NCBI GenBank assembly: GCA_963845425.1
Contig: CAWJSC010000017.1
Span: 123,843 to 187,842 of the forward strand
DNA length: 64,000 bases
Reading direction: 5' to 3'
Source of the DNA: an uncultured Microthrixaceae bacterium
Lineage (GTDB): Bacteria; Actinomycetota; Acidimicrobiia; Acidimicrobiales; DATDAH01
The notes beneath the pieces are model-generated. The model had not been told where the DNA came from. It did no database searches and was given only the letters and a program-made list of their open reading frames with translations. Positions 21,306 through 32,277 of this stretch are shown here, one piece after another. The stretch's first letter is position 1; each line of letters starts with the position of its first letter. The position numbers were made by a program, and so were the translations under genes.

Positions 21306-22685
21306 GTGGAGCGACTGAGCGGGCTGGATGCCAGCTTCCTGTACACCGAGTCGCCCACGGTGCATCTCCACACCCTGAAGATCGGGGTGATCGACCCGGC
21401 TGCCGCACCGGGTGGGTACGACTTCGAGCGCTTCGTCGACGTCCTCGAGGAGCGGCTCCCCCTGCTGCCTCCGTTCCGGCGCCGCGTGGTCCGGGTGCCG
21501 TTCGGCCTGCACCACCCGGTCTGGATCGAAGACGCCGACTTCGACATCCGTCGTCACGTGCGCCGGGTCCGCGCCCCCGCCCCGGGCGGGTCCCGGGAGC
21601 TGGATGCCTGCATCGCCGAGGTGGCGTCCACCCCGCTGCCCCGCGATCGCCCGCTCTGGGAGATCTGCGTCGTCGAGGGCCTGGCCGACGGCCGCGTGGG
21701 CTTCGTGGCCAAGCTGCACCACGCGGCCGCCGACGGGCTGGCGGCGGCCCGGCTGCTGGCCAACGTCATGACCCCGAGCGCGGAGAGCTCCGTCGCGGTC
21801 CCGACCCCGGCACCGCCTTCCTGGATGGGGGAGCCGGTGCCGGGCCGCCGACGGCTGCTGGCCGACGCCATCGCCGACCTCGGCCGACTGGCAATGGCCC
21901 TGCCCGCGCTGCTGGTCCGCACGCTCGGGCGGTTGCCGGGGGTCCTGCGGGCCCGCCGCCAGGCGACCGACCCTCCGCCCGGGGCCTTCGCCGGTCCCGC
22001 GACGTCCTTCAGCCGTGCGCTGACCGCCCGACGGGCGTTCGCGTCCTGTGCCCTGCCCCTCGATGACCTCCGGCAGGTCAAGGCCGCCTTCGGCGTCACC
22101 ATCAACGACGTGGTCCTCGCGTGTGTCGCCGGCGCCCTGCGGGCCCATCTCCTCGCCGGCGGCGAGCCCGTCGACCGACCGCTGGTCGCTTCCGTGCCGG
22201 TGTCGACCGACGCCGCGGACACGTCGCGCCTCATCGGCAACCGGACGTCGAACCTCCTGACGGCGCTGCGGGTGGACCTGGCCGACCCGGCCGAGCGCCT
22301 GCGCGCCACGGGAAGGCTGTCGGCGTCCGCCAAGGCCATCCAGGAGGCCCTCGGCGCCGAGACGATGGCGCAGTGGGTCGAGTACGCCCCGCCGGTCGTG
22401 TTCCGCCTGATCTGGCGCCATCTGGTTCCCCGGATCCGCCGGCCCCCGGTGAACGCCATCGTCTCCAACGTCACCGGGCCTCGGGAGCCGCTGTTCATCG
22501 CCGGGGCCGAACTGGTGGCGCTGCAGAGCGTCGGTCCGCTGCTGGAGGACGTCGGCCTGAACGTGACGGTGTGGAGCTACTGCGGCTCGATGCAGGTCGC
22601 GGTCCTGTGTTGTCCCGACACGCTGCCGGACCCCTACGTCATCACCGACGGCATGCGCGCCGCCCTCGCTGAGCTCCTGGCCTGA
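21306..22685 (+). CDS. Wax-ester synthase / diacylglycerol acyltransferase (WS/DGAT) family, copy 1
   Basis: 459 aa. LSGLDASFLYTESPTVHLH. Active-site-type HHAAADG. C-terminal PLFIAGAEL...GPLLEDVGLNV. Confidence 0.9.
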   Translation: MERLSGLDASFLYTESPTVHLHTLKIGVIDPAAAPGGYDFERFVDVLEERLPLLPPFRRRVVRVPFGLHHPVWIEDADFDIRRHVRRVRAPAPGGSRELDACIAEVASTPLPRDRPLWEICVVEGLADGRVGFVAKLHHAAADGLAAARLLANVMTPSAESSVAVPTPAPPSWMGEPVPGRRRLLADAIADLGRLAMALPALLVRTLGRLPGVLRARRQATDPPPGAFAGPATSFSRALTARRAFASCALPLDDLRQVKAAFGVTINDVVLACVAGALRAHLLAGGEPVDRPLVASVPVSTDAADTSRLIGNRTSNLLTALRVDLADPAERLRATGRLSASAKAIQEALGAETMAQWVEYAPPVVFRLIWRHLVPRIRRPPVNAIVSNVTGPREPLFIAGAELVALQSVGPLLEDVGLNVTVWSYCGSMQVAVLCCPDTLPDPYVITDGMRAALAELLA

Positions 22686-22814
22686 GGTCGCGCCGGCCGC
22701 GAGCGGGTAGGGCCATTGGCCCCTGGCCCGGGTCGCGCGGTCGGGGGAAGATGGCGCGATGGCACCCGTCACCGACCTGTTCCGTCCGTACCTGCGCCTG
22801 CGCGCGGTCGAGCC

Positions 22815-24197
22815 ATGATCCCCCGTCGGGTCGTGCTGGCCGTGGCCGTCGTCGGCGCGCTCCTCGGGGCCGCCTGCTCGGGCGACCGGGGCGTGGACGA
22901 GTCGGGCGGGTTGGGCGCGGGCGTCGAGGCCACGGCCTCCGCCGAGGAGGCCGGCGCGGGCGACTTCGGCGACCTGGCCGGCGTCTGCGGCCCGAACGAG
23001 GGCGGCGGCGCGGTCGCCGACGCCGGGCCCGAGGAGATCCAGGGGATCTCCGAGGACACCATCACGCTGGGCACCGTGGCCGATCCGGGCTTCGAGGGCC
23101 GCCCCGGCCTGAACCAGGAGATCTTCGACACCGCCGAGGCCTTCGTCGCGTGGTGCAACGCCGCGGGTGGCATCAACGGCAAGGAGCTCGAGCTCAACCT
23201 CCACGACGCCGCCATCACCGAGTACCAACCCGTGATGGCCGAAGCCTGCGCCCAGGACTTCGCCATCGTCGGGTCCGGTGCCGTCCAGGACAACTTCTGG
23301 GCCACGACCGGCGCGGCGTGTGACCTCATCGACATCGCCGGGTTCTCGGTCACCCCCGAGAAGGCGGGACTGGCCGGCCAGGACCCCATCGAGGCCCGCT
23401 CGGTCCAGCCCGTCCCCAACGCGGGCGACCGCTTCCAGGCCGGCGCGTTCCTGATGGTCGGCGAGGCCGCCCCGGAGGCCCAGGACCGAGCGGGCATCGT
23501 GTTCGGCGACCTGGACACCCTCATCTTCCGGAAGGACCAGGTGATCGACGCCCTCGAGCAGGTCGGGTACACGTTCGTCCACGAGTCGTCCTACAACCTC
23601 CTCGGCGAGTCCAACTGGGGTCTCTTCGCCGCCGCCCTCGACCAGGACCAGGTGGAGTACCTGCACTACGTCGGGGAAGGCGAGAACTTCGCGCTGCTCG
23701 CCCAGGCCATGGACGAGGTCGGTTACCGCCCCGAGCTGATGCTCATGGAGACCAACCTCTATGACGAGGGCTGGGTCGAGGCGGCGGGGGCCTCGGCCGA
23801 GGGGGTGTTCGTGCGCACGGTCTTCTGGCCCTTCGAGGAGGCCGACCAGAACCCGGCCACCCAGCAGTACCTGGACCTCCTGGAGGCCCAGGGGGGCAAG
23901 GTCGCCCAGCTCGGGGTCCAGGCCATGTCGGCCTGGCTGCTCTTCGCCCAAGCGGCCCGGGACTGCGACCGGGCCGACGACCTGACCCGCAGCTGCGTGC
24001 TGGAGGCGGCCGCCTCGGTGACGGACTGGACCGGCGGTGGGCTGCACGCGCCGACCGAGCCCGGGACCAACGAGCCCACGCCGTGCACGATCGTCCTCCA
24101 GGTCCAGGACGGCGAGTTCACCCGTTACGCCCCCGACGAGGGTTATGACTGCGGTGAGGAGAGCGACCAGCCCTACGTGGTCGAGATCGACGCCTGA
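22815..24197 (+). CDS. ABC-transporter substrate-binding lipoprotein (branched-chain-amino-acid/PBP1 type), orphan
   Basis: ATG 22815: MIPRRVVLAVAVVGALLGAAC, a lipobox. Leu/Ile/Val-binding-like body. No permease or ATPase genes adjacent. Confidence 0.8.
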   Translation: MIPRRVVLAVAVVGALLGAACSGDRGVDESGGLGAGVEATASAEEAGAGDFGDLAGVCGPNEGGGAVADAGPEEIQGISEDTITLGTVADPGFEGRPGLNQEIFDTAEAFVAWCNAAGGINGKELELNLHDAAITEYQPVMAEACAQDFAIVGSGAVQDNFWATTGAACDLIDIAGFSVTPEKAGLAGQDPIEARSVQPVPNAGDRFQAGAFLMVGEAAPEAQDRAGIVFGDLDTLIFRKDQVIDALEQVGYTFVHESSYNLLGESNWGLFAAALDQDQVEYLHYVGEGENFALLAQAMDEVGYRPELMLMETNLYDEGWVEAAGASAEGVFVRTVFWPFEEADQNPATQQYLDLLEAQGGKVAQLGVQAMSAWLLFAQAARDCDRADDLTRSCVLEAAASVTDWTGGGLHAPTEPGTNEPTPCTIVLQVQDGEFTRYAPDEGYDCGEESDQPYVVEIDA

Positions 24198-24364
24198 CCG
24201 TTGACGGCAGGTGGCGGCCGGCGTCGGGCCCCACCCCGCCGCTCGTCGCCGGCTCCTGGGCCGGCCTCCGCGGGTGATGACCGGACCGGCGCCCTCCTGG
24301 CTGACCCCTCCGGCGGGCTGAGGTCGCTTACGCTCTCGCCCTCGTCCCTACAGGAGCAGGCGGC

Positions 24365-26693
24365 ATGACCCAGCCCCGGACGGTGCCCACCGGCACCGGC
24401 CCCATGAGCGAACCGCGCGGCGTGATCGTCTGGGCCCTGGCGGGCGTGGCCGCGGTGGGGACGGTCCTCGCGGGCGCGGAACCGACGGCGTCGCCCGTGA
24501 CCGACGTCCTGGTAAACGGGGCGGTCACCGTGCTCGTGGTCGTCCTCTCCTCGCGGGCGAGCCCGTGGACATGGGTCCTCATGGCCGGCGTGGCCGCGGC
24601 CGGAGCCGACGGGCCCGGCCCGACCCTGGCCGGGGTCACTGCCCTCGTGGGCGCCTTCGCGGCGATCGCCTTCGACCGCCACGACCGATTCATCGGTGCC
24701 GCCGTGGGCGCCCTCGCCGTCCAGGGGCTGTTCCGCCTACCGGGGTGGGAGCCCCAGGGTCTGGCCACCGCGATGGCCGTGGCCGCCGTCGTCCCGGTGC
24801 TCGTCTCGGGCTTCCGGCGCAGCGAGGCCACCGTGCGCCGTCGTCTCGCCGTCGGAGCCGTCGTCGCCACCGTCGTCGCGCTCGCGTGCTCCGCTCTGGC
24901 CGTGGTGGTCGCCGTCGGGCAACGCTCGACCCTCCAGGAGGGCATCGACCGGGCCCGCGCCGGCCTGCGGGCCGCCGAAGCCGGTGACACGGGCGAGGCC
25001 ACGACGCTGCTCCGCGAGGCCGAGCGGGCGTTCGGGGACTCCGCCGACGCCCTCGGGGCCCCCTGGATGGCACCCGCGGCGGCCGTCCCCGTGGTCGGCC
25101 AGAACGTGGATGCGCTGGCGGTCGCGGCCGAGCAGGGCACCGAGCTCGCGGCCACGGCTGCCGACGCGCTGGTCGACGCCGATCTGGAGGAGCTGCGGTT
25201 CGACGACGGCGTGCTGGACCTCGAGCAGGTCGCGTCGTTCGGGCCCCCGCTGGACCGGTCGGCCACCGCGCTGCACGCCGCCCTCGACGACCTCGCGGCG
25301 GTGAACTCGTCGTGGCTGCTGCCGCCGGTCGGGGACCGGTACCGCACCTTCAGCGCGGAGCTGACCGATGCGGCCGCGGATGCCGAGGTGGCCGTCGAGG
25401 CCGTCGCCCTGGCCCCCGCACTCTTCGGCGGCGAGGGCGATCGTCGGTACCTGATCCTGTTCACCACACCCGCCGAGATGCGGGGCCTGGGCGGATTCGT
25501 GGGCAACTACGGCGAGCTCACCGCGGTCGACGGCGACGTCGAGCTCACCCGCTCCGGTCGCGTCAACGACGTGAAACCCGCCGTCGGCGCCCCCCCGTGG
25601 ACCATCACCGGCCCCGCCGACTACGTCGAGCGTTGGGGTCGGTACGAGGTCGGGAGGTACGTGCAGGACACGACGTACTCGCCGGACTTCCCCTCGGTGG
25701 CCCAGGTCTGGGAGGAGATGTACCCGCAGATGCCGGGCGGGGGAGCCGTCGACGGCGTCATCGTCGTGGACCCTTACGCCCTCGCCGCTCTCATGACCTT
25801 CACCGGCCCCATCGTGGTCCCCGGTTACGACACACCGCTCACGTCGGAGAACGCGGCCGACATCCTCCTCCGCGAGCAGTACCTCACCTTCGCCCAGGAC
25901 AACGAGCAGAGAATCGACTTCCTCGACGACGTGACCCGCCTGACCTTCGAGGCCCTCACCACCGGTGACCTGCCCGGGCCCAGAGAGGTCACCGAGGTCC
26001 TCGGGCCCATGGTCGCCCAGGGGCGGTTGCTGGTCCACAGCGTCACGCCGGGCGAACAGGACTTCTTCACCGGGATCGACCTCGACGGCGCCCTGCCGGA
26101 GGTCGACGGCGACTTCCTCTCGGTCACCACCCAGAACTCCGGCAACAACAAGATCGACATCTTCCTCCACCGCCGGATCCGCTACGACGTCCGCTACGAC
26201 CCGGACACCGGTCGGGTGGAGGCCGATGTCACGGTGACCCTCCGCAACGACGCACCGGCGTCCGGCCTGCCCAACTACGTGATCGGGAACCGGGACACCA
26301 CCCGGATCCCGCCCGGAGCCAACCAGATGTATCTCTCCGTGTACACACCCTGGGACATCGTCGACGCCACTCTCGGTGGGCGACCCATACCGGTCGAACA
26401 CGCCGAGGAGCTCGACCGTTTCGCCTACGCGCACCACCGTGCAGGTCCCCTCCGGCGGAACGAGGACGCTCGAGTTCCGCCTCCTCGGCTTCACTGATCC
26501 GGCCGTCGACTACCGACTGACGTTCGCGCCGCAGCCCCTCGTCCACCGCGACGACTTGACCGTCTCCGTGGAGCCCGCCGACGGGTGGTCGGTGTGTGGC
26601 GTCGACGGTTTCACCGACGACGGTTCGGGAGCGGGGGTGACCGTCGAGCCAGAGGAGGACGCGAGATGGACGGTCGAGTTCTGTCCTCAGTGA
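24365..26693 (+). CDS. DUF4012-like membrane-anchored protein (one apparent frameshift near 26425-26440)
   Basis: AGGAG SD. N-terminal TM helices. Conserved-looking RYLILFTTPAEMRGLGGFVGNYGEL and DGVIVVDPYALAALM. The C-terminus continues in the frame of track ORF 26376..26693 (TTVQVPSGGTRTLEFRLLG...EFCPQ*). The DUF4012 assignment is from memory of the family signature. Confidence 0.7.
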
Positions 26694-26712
26694 CGTCGCC
26701 CGCCTTACATGC

Positions 26713-26742
26713 TTGCGCCGGCCCCCGTCGAACCGCTACAGT
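26713..26742 (+). promoter_or_regulatory. Possible sigma70-type promoter for the LPXTG mini-protein gene
   Basis: TTGCGC, an 18-nt spacer, then TACAGT, within a locally low-GC stretch 28-57 nt upstream of ATG 26770. Pattern match only. Confidence 0.25.
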
Positions 26743-26769
26743 AACTGAAAGTCCTTGGGAGGGAATCCA

Positions 26770-27072
26770 ATGAAGAAGCTCATTCTCGGTGGTGCGATAG
26801 TCCTGTTCGCCCTGCTCGCCTTCAGCGGGTCGGCATCGGCCCAGGCCGTTGGCCAGGTCTACTGCGGCCCGACCGTCGGGTACGCCGACGTCTGCCCTGA
26901 CAACATCGAGCGCCCCTCTGGCGACGTGGATCCCGCCGCGGTCGCCGCCCTGCCCCGGACCGGTTCCGACAGCAGCATGCCATTGGCCCGTGCCGCCGTC
27001 GTGCTCATCGGTGTCGGCGCCGCGATGACGATCCTCGCCAATCGTCACCGCCTCCAGCGCGTCCCCTCCTGA
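26770..27072 (+). CDS. Small secreted protein with C-terminal LPXTG-type sorting signal
   Basis: GGGAGGG SD 6-7 nt before the ATG. Signal peptide MKKLILGGAIVLFALLAFSGSASA. Mature region of about 45 aa contains CGPTVGYADVC. This is followed by LPRTG, a hydrophobic stretch (AAVVLIGVGAAMTIL) and a basic tail (NRHRLQR). Confidence 0.7.
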   Translation: MKKLILGGAIVLFALLAFSGSASAQAVGQVYCGPTVGYADVCPDNIERPSGDVDPAAVAALPRTGSDSSMPLARAAVVLIGVGAAMTILANRHRLQRVPS

Positions 27073-27215
27073 ACCTGGCCACCGTCCCGGTGGCAACCAC
27101 ATCGCCCTAGCCGGGTGGTACCGGTCCCCCGTTCGCGCGGCTGATTCGGGGCTGCGGTCGAGCCGGGGTCGATCCGACGGCTCGATCGACGGCACCCTGA
27201 CCCCCCGTTGATCGG

Positions 27216-27834
27216 TCAGGCGGCGGTGGTCGCCGGGCCGGTGCCGACGTGGCGCTCGTGGCGCTGGGTCACGAACCGGAAGAGGCGGAGGCCCTCGGGC
27301 CAGGCGCGGGGGCCGCAGACCGGCCTTGAGCCAGAGGTGGTCGAGGAAGTCCTCGGGATGAGGGACCTGCTCCCAGACGCTGGGGAGGAACAGGCCCCGG
27401 CGCCGGCCGGCCTCGACCACCAGGCCGTCGTGGCCGGGGCGCAGGACCTCGAGGAGCTCGGTCCGGGACCGCACCGGGACGGGGGTGAGCGGCGACAGCA
27501 GCGACAGCTCGATGGTCAGGTGCGCACGATCCTCCGGGCGCAGGGCAGGTAGGCGGGGATCCTCGAAGGCGGCGGACAGGGCCAGGCGGGCGACGGCGTG
27601 GCCCAAGGGCTCGTGACCCTCGATCGTGCCGATGCAGCCGTTGAGCCGGCCGGCGACGGTGAGGGTGACGAACGCCCCGGTCGGCCGGTGCAGTTCGTCG
27701 GGCAGGGACCCCAGCGCCGGCAGGGCCAGGGGTCGGCCGGCCAGTGCGTCCTCCAGGGTCACCGCCGCGATGTCGAGCAGCGCCTCGGCCTCGACCGGCG
27801 AGACGGCGGGCTCAGGTGAGGGCGAAGGATCCAT
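27216..27834 (-). CDS. AMMECR1-domain protein (AmmeMemoRadiSam system protein A type), one apparent frameshift at a C/G homopolymer at about 27300-27312
   Basis: ATG 27834: MDPSPSPEPAVSPVEAEALLDIA...GAFVTLTVAGRLNGCIGTIEG...RGLFLPSVWEQ...LWLKAGLRP. The sequence then continues in another frame as WPEGLRLFRFVTQRHERHVG...*, with its stop at 27216. The start overlaps the Memo gene by 23 nt. Confidence 0.75.
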
Positions 27835-28618
27835 ACCCGACCACCCTCTCCTTGTCGCCGGCGGTGTCGCCGGAGGTCCGCCGGTCGACCTCCTCGACCG
27901 TGAGGTGCCGCTCGTCGGCCACCCGCAGCAGCCCGCGCAGGGGCCGGGCCCCACAGGCGTCCCGGTCGCCGATGACCTCGGGGCGCCGGGCCACGACGGC
28001 GGCCGCCGTGCGGGCGTCGAGGGCCACCGCCTCGTCGTGGCGGTGGTAGTGCGACAGATCGGTGCTGACCACGACGAGGGTCTCGGGCCCGCCCCAGAGC
28101 ACCTCGAGGGCGGCGGCGACCTCCTCGGTGGTGGCGTCGCCCACGACGACGGGGACCAGCGTGATCTCGTCCAGCACGGTCTGCAGGAAGGGGACCTGGA
28201 CCTCGAGGCTGTGCTCGGGGGCATGGGGCCGGTCGTCGACGACGACGAAGGGGAGGTGGGCCAGGTCGTCGGCGGCCGAGTGGTCGACCGGCACGAGGCC
28301 GAGCGGCGTGGCCCAGGCATCGGCGCTGCTCAGGGCCAGCCCCCGGAGGAACATCCGGTGGCTCGGCCCGAGGAGGACGACCCGGCGGATCGACCCGCGG
28401 GCGGGCGCCACCCGGGCGTAGGCACTGGCCGCGATCGGGCCGGAGTAGACGTAGCCGGCGTGGGGCACGACGAGGGCCCGGGGCACGGCGGCGTCCGGGG
28501 CGGGGCGGACGGCCCCGCCGAACGACCGGCGGATGGTCTCGGCCAGCACCGCCGGATCGGCCGGGTAGAAGGCACCCGACACCGCGGCGGGGCGGACGGT
28601 CGTCGGTCGGGTGGTCAC
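27812..28618 (-). CDS. Memo-like protein (AmmeMemoRadiSam system protein B type)
   Basis: GTG 28618 overlaps the radical-SAM stop (GTGA). Motifs: AVSGAFYPADP, VVPHAGYVYSGPIAA, EHSLEVQVPFLQ, STDLSHYH, CGARP. Frame is intact. Confidence 0.85.
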   Translation of the reverse strand: MTTRPTTVRPAAVSGAFYPADPAVLAETIRRSFGGAVRPAPDAAVPRALVVPHAGYVYSGPIAASAYARVAPARGSIRRVVLLGPSHRMFLRGLALSSADAWATPLGLVPVDHSAADDLAHLPFVVVDDRPHAPEHSLEVQVPFLQTVLDEITLVPVVVGDATTEEVAAALEVLWGGPETLVVVSTDLSHYHRHDEAVALDARTAAAVVARRPEVIGDRDACGARPLRGLLRVADERHLTVEEVDRRTSGDTAGDKERVVGYGSFALT

Positions 28619-29724
28619 GGGGTCCCTCGCCGGCCCATGACGACCGGTAGCCGGGTGGTGCCCCACTCCCCGGCGGGGCCGTCGAACACGCCGGGCAACG
28701 TGGTGCCGCAGGTGCCGCAGGCGCCGGCGTCGTCGAGGCCGTAGGCGCCGATCGTGTACCAGTCCCGCTCGATCACCCGGCTGCCACACCCCGGGCAGTA
28801 GGTGCTCTGGCCGTCCGCGTCATGGACGTTGCCCACGTACGGCGTGGCGCACCCCGTTGTCGAGGGCGATGCGTCGGGCCCGGGCCAGGGTCGCCGGCGG
28901 TGTCGGCGGACGGTCGACCAGGCGGTAGTCGGGGTGGAAGGCGGTGAAGTGCATGGGCACGTCGGGACCGAGGTGCTCGACCACCCAGGTGGTCATCTCG
29001 TCCAGCTCGGCGTCGCTGTCGTTGAGGCCGGGGATGAGCAGGGTGGTGAGCTCCAGCCAGACGTCGGTCTCGTGGCGGAGGTACTCGAGGGTCTCGAGCA
29101 CCGCGCCGAGCTCGGCGGCGCAGGTGTGCCGGTAGAAGTCCTCGGTGAAGCCCTTGAGGTCGATGTTGGCGGCGTCGAGGTGACCGAAGAGCTCGGCCCG
29201 CGGCTCGGGGTTGATGTAGCCGGCGGTCACCGCGACGGTGGCCAGGCCGAGGTCGTGACAGGCGTCGGCCACGTCGACGGCGTACTCGAGGAAGATCGTC
29301 GGGTCGTTGTAGGTGAAGGCCACGCTGCGGCAGCCCGAGGTCGCGGGCGGTGCGGGCGATGGCCTCCGGCGACGCTTCGTCGGCCAGCGTGTCGATCTCC
29401 TTGGACTTGGAGATGTCCCAGTTCTGGCAGAACCGGCAGGCCAGGTTGCAGCCGGCGGTGCCGAAGCTGAAGATCGCGGTGCCGGGCAGGAAGTGGTTGA
29501 GGGGCTTCTTCTCGACCGGGTCGACGCAGAACCCGCTCGAACGCCCGTAGGTCGACAGCACGATGCCGTCGCCCTCCCGGCCCCGCACGAAGCACACGCC
29601 CTGCTGGCCGTCCCGCAGCTTGCAGGCCCGGGGGCACACGTCGCACTGGACGCGACCGTCGTCGAGGGTGTGCCAGTGGCGTGGTGGGGACGGTGAAGCG
29701 GTCCACGAGCGGAGAGTCTACCAC
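28615..29724 (-). pseudogene. AmmeMemoRadiSam-system radical SAM enzyme, frame broken 3 times
   Basis: Joined translation: (MVDSPLVDRFTVPTTP)/(HWHTLDDGRVQCDVCPRACKL...GTAGCNLACRFCQNWDISK...ARDLG)/(CRSVAFTYNDPTIFLEY...HFTAFHPDY...ALDNGVRHA)/(YVGNVHDADGQSTYCPGCGSRVIERDWY...). Breaks are near 29676-29685, 29330-29337 and 28838-28848. CxxxCxxC is present. Confidence 0.8.
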
Positions 29725-29957
29725 TAAGGCTCAAGAAACATGAGTGTTATCTTGTCAAGTTTCGACGGTCCCTCGACGAGACGAGCGGCCAGGACGCCAG
29801 CACACCCCCGGAGCAGATCCCGCAGCCGACGCCCGGCTTATGGCCAGCTCGTGCGGTTCCGCGTGGACGACGTCGGGTCTTTCGGCCGTAGGAGGGCCGT
29901 CACCGGCACGGGATGATGGGGGTGTGCCCCGGTTCGCGGGCACGGAAGGAGGTCGAC

Positions 29958-30800
29958 ATGACCTTCCGAACCTCGACATTCCGGTGGGGCGGGCACGAGC
30001 TCGTCTATGACGACTATGGCGATCCTGGCTCGGACGGGGTCCTGGTCTACATCCATGGCCTGATGCTCGACTCGGAGATCAACCGGGGCATCGCCCAGGC
30101 TCTGGCCGATCGCGGCCACCGGGTCGTGCTGATCGACCTGCTGGGCCATGGTCGCAGCGACAAGCCCGCGCACGCCTCCGAGTACCGGATCGACACCTAC
30201 GCCGAGCAGATCGTCGGCCTGCTCGACCACCTGGAGGTCCCGTGCGCCGTCCTCGGCGGCATGTCGTTGGGCGCCAACGTCAGCCTGTTCACGGCCAGCC
30301 GCTACCCGGACCGGGTGGGGGGCCTCGTGCTGGAGATGCCCGTGCTCGAGTGGGCGGTCCCCACGGCCGCGCTGCTCTTCGCCCCGATGGTCCTCGTCGC
30401 GCACTACGGGCGCCCCGTGGTGGCCCGCCTGTCCTCGCTCCTCGCCCGGGTGCCCGACACCCCGATCGGGCCGCTGAACAGCTTCCTGCACGCGGCCTCG
30501 TTGCCGCCCGACAGCCTGGCCGCCCTGCTGCACGGCATCCTCGTCGGGCCCGTGGCCCCCACCGTCGAGGAGCGCAGCGCCATCGGGGCCCCGGCGCTCG
30601 TCCTCGCCCACCGCAACGACCTCATCCATCCCTTCGACGACGCCCACAACCTGGCCCGCCAGCTCCCGAACGGCCGGCTGGAACGGGCCCGGTCACCGGT
30701 CGAGCTGCGGCTGCGGCCTGACCGCCTCACCGACGTGATCGCCACGTTCCTCGACGAGGTCTGGGTCGGCGACGAGCAGGTCGGCACCCGCGCCGGCTGA
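29958..30800 (+). CDS. Alpha/beta-fold hydrolase
   Basis: GGAAGGAGG SD, then ATG 29958. Motifs: VYIHGLM, LLGHGRSDKP, nucleophile elbow GGMSLGA. Confidence 0.85.
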   Translation: MTFRTSTFRWGGHELVYDDYGDPGSDGVLVYIHGLMLDSEINRGIAQALADRGHRVVLIDLLGHGRSDKPAHASEYRIDTYAEQIVGLLDHLEVPCAVLGGMSLGANVSLFTASRYPDRVGGLVLEMPVLEWAVPTAALLFAPMVLVAHYGRPVVARLSSLLARVPDTPIGPLNSFLHAASLPPDSLAALLHGILVGPVAPTVEERSAIGAPALVLAHRNDLIHPFDDAHNLARQLPNGRLERARSPVELRLRPDRLTDVIATFLDEVWVGDEQVGTRAG

Positions 30801-30807
30801 TTCGGCG

Positions 30808-32219
30808 ATGGCCGCCGAACGCCTCAGCGCCCAGGACGCCACCCTGCTCTACGCGCAGGACCAGCGGGCGCCGCTGATCATCGGCGCGGTGTGCCGGTTC
30901 GAGCGGGCGCCGCTGGCCGACGCCGACGGCCGCCTGCGCACCGATGACCTCCGTCGCCACCTGGCCAGCCGCCTGCACCTCGTGCCCCGCTTCCGCCAGC
31001 GGCTGGCCCTCGTCCCCGGCGACTCGGGTCGGCCGCGGTGGGTCGACGACACCGACTTCGACATCCGGAACCACGCCCACGGGGCCCAGCTGCCGGCGCC
31101 GGGCGGGGAGCGCGAGTTGCACGCCTTCGTGGCCGAGCTGCTCGCCGTGCCCCTGGACCCCCGGCGCCCCCTGTGGGAGCTGTGGACCGTCGACGGGCTC
31201 GACGGCGACCGGGTCGCCGTCGTCCTGAAGGTGAGCCACGTGATGGCCGACGGCCTGGCGCTGCTGGGCTTCGCCCTGGCCCTGCTCGACTTCGAGCCCG
31301 ACGTCGCCCCCGTCGAGCCGCCGTCGTGGGTCCCCGAGCCGGCGCCGTCCGGGACCCGTCTGCTGGCCGACACCCTCGTCGACCAGGCCCGGACGTGGCC
31401 GGGGCCGCGGTGGGCGCCGTCCGGGCACTCACCCGACCCGGCCGGCTCGCCGCCGACCTGGCCGCGCTCGGTCGGGCCGCGGCGACCATGGTGGGCCTCG
31501 CTCCTCGTCTGGCGATCAACGGCCCGGTCGGTGACCGCCGTGGCTTCCTGCTGCTGCAGCTCCCGGCGGACCAGTTCCTGGCGGTGAAGGACGCGGCGGG
31601 GGTCACCTTCAACGACGTCGCCCTGACCGTCTCGTCCCTCGCCCTGCACCGCTACCTGGGCGACAAGGGCGGCCATCCCCACGGGACCCGGCCCCGGGTG
31701 CTGGTCCCGGTGTCGACCCACGGCACCGACCCCGCGGGCGAGATCGAGAACCGCTTCTCCCAGATGGTCGCCGACCTGCCCGGCCCGGAGGTGCCACCGG
31801 CGGAGGCCCTGGCCCGGATCCACGCCGCGATGGCCCGCGCCAAGGCGTCGGGCCAGGCCGAGATGGGCCCGCTGGTCTACTCGGTCGCCGCCACCGTGCC
31901 GGGCTGGCTGCTCCGCCGGGTGGCCCCCGTGCTGCTGCGGAACCAGCCGCTCGTGAACCTCGCCGTGTCCGACCTCCCCGGATCGCCCGAACCCCTCCAC
32001 CTACTGGGCGCCCGGATGCTCGACCTGGCGCCCTTCATCACCTGCACCGGGAACCTGGCCCTCATGATCGGCGTGCTGTCCTACGCGGACACCGTCGGCG
32101 TCGGGATCACCGTGGACCCCGATGTCGTGCCCGACGTCGAGGCCTTCGGTGATGCCCTGCGCTGGGCGAGCGGCGAGTTGGCCGACGCGGTTCTCGGGAC
32201 GCCGCGGGCTACCGGCTGA
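30808..32219 (+). CDS. WS/DGAT family acyltransferase, copy 2 (one apparent frameshift at about 31385-31400)
   Basis: N-terminal half in track ORF 30808..31587 (LSAQDATLLYAQD..., SHVMADG). C-terminal half in track ORF 31038..32219 (INGPVGDRRGF...NLAVSDLPGSPEPLHLLGA...). Confidence 0.8.
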
Positions 32220-32277
32220 CGCTCAACCCCGACATGGAGGGCCGACGAGGTGGCAACGGGTATGGACGCCGACCGGC

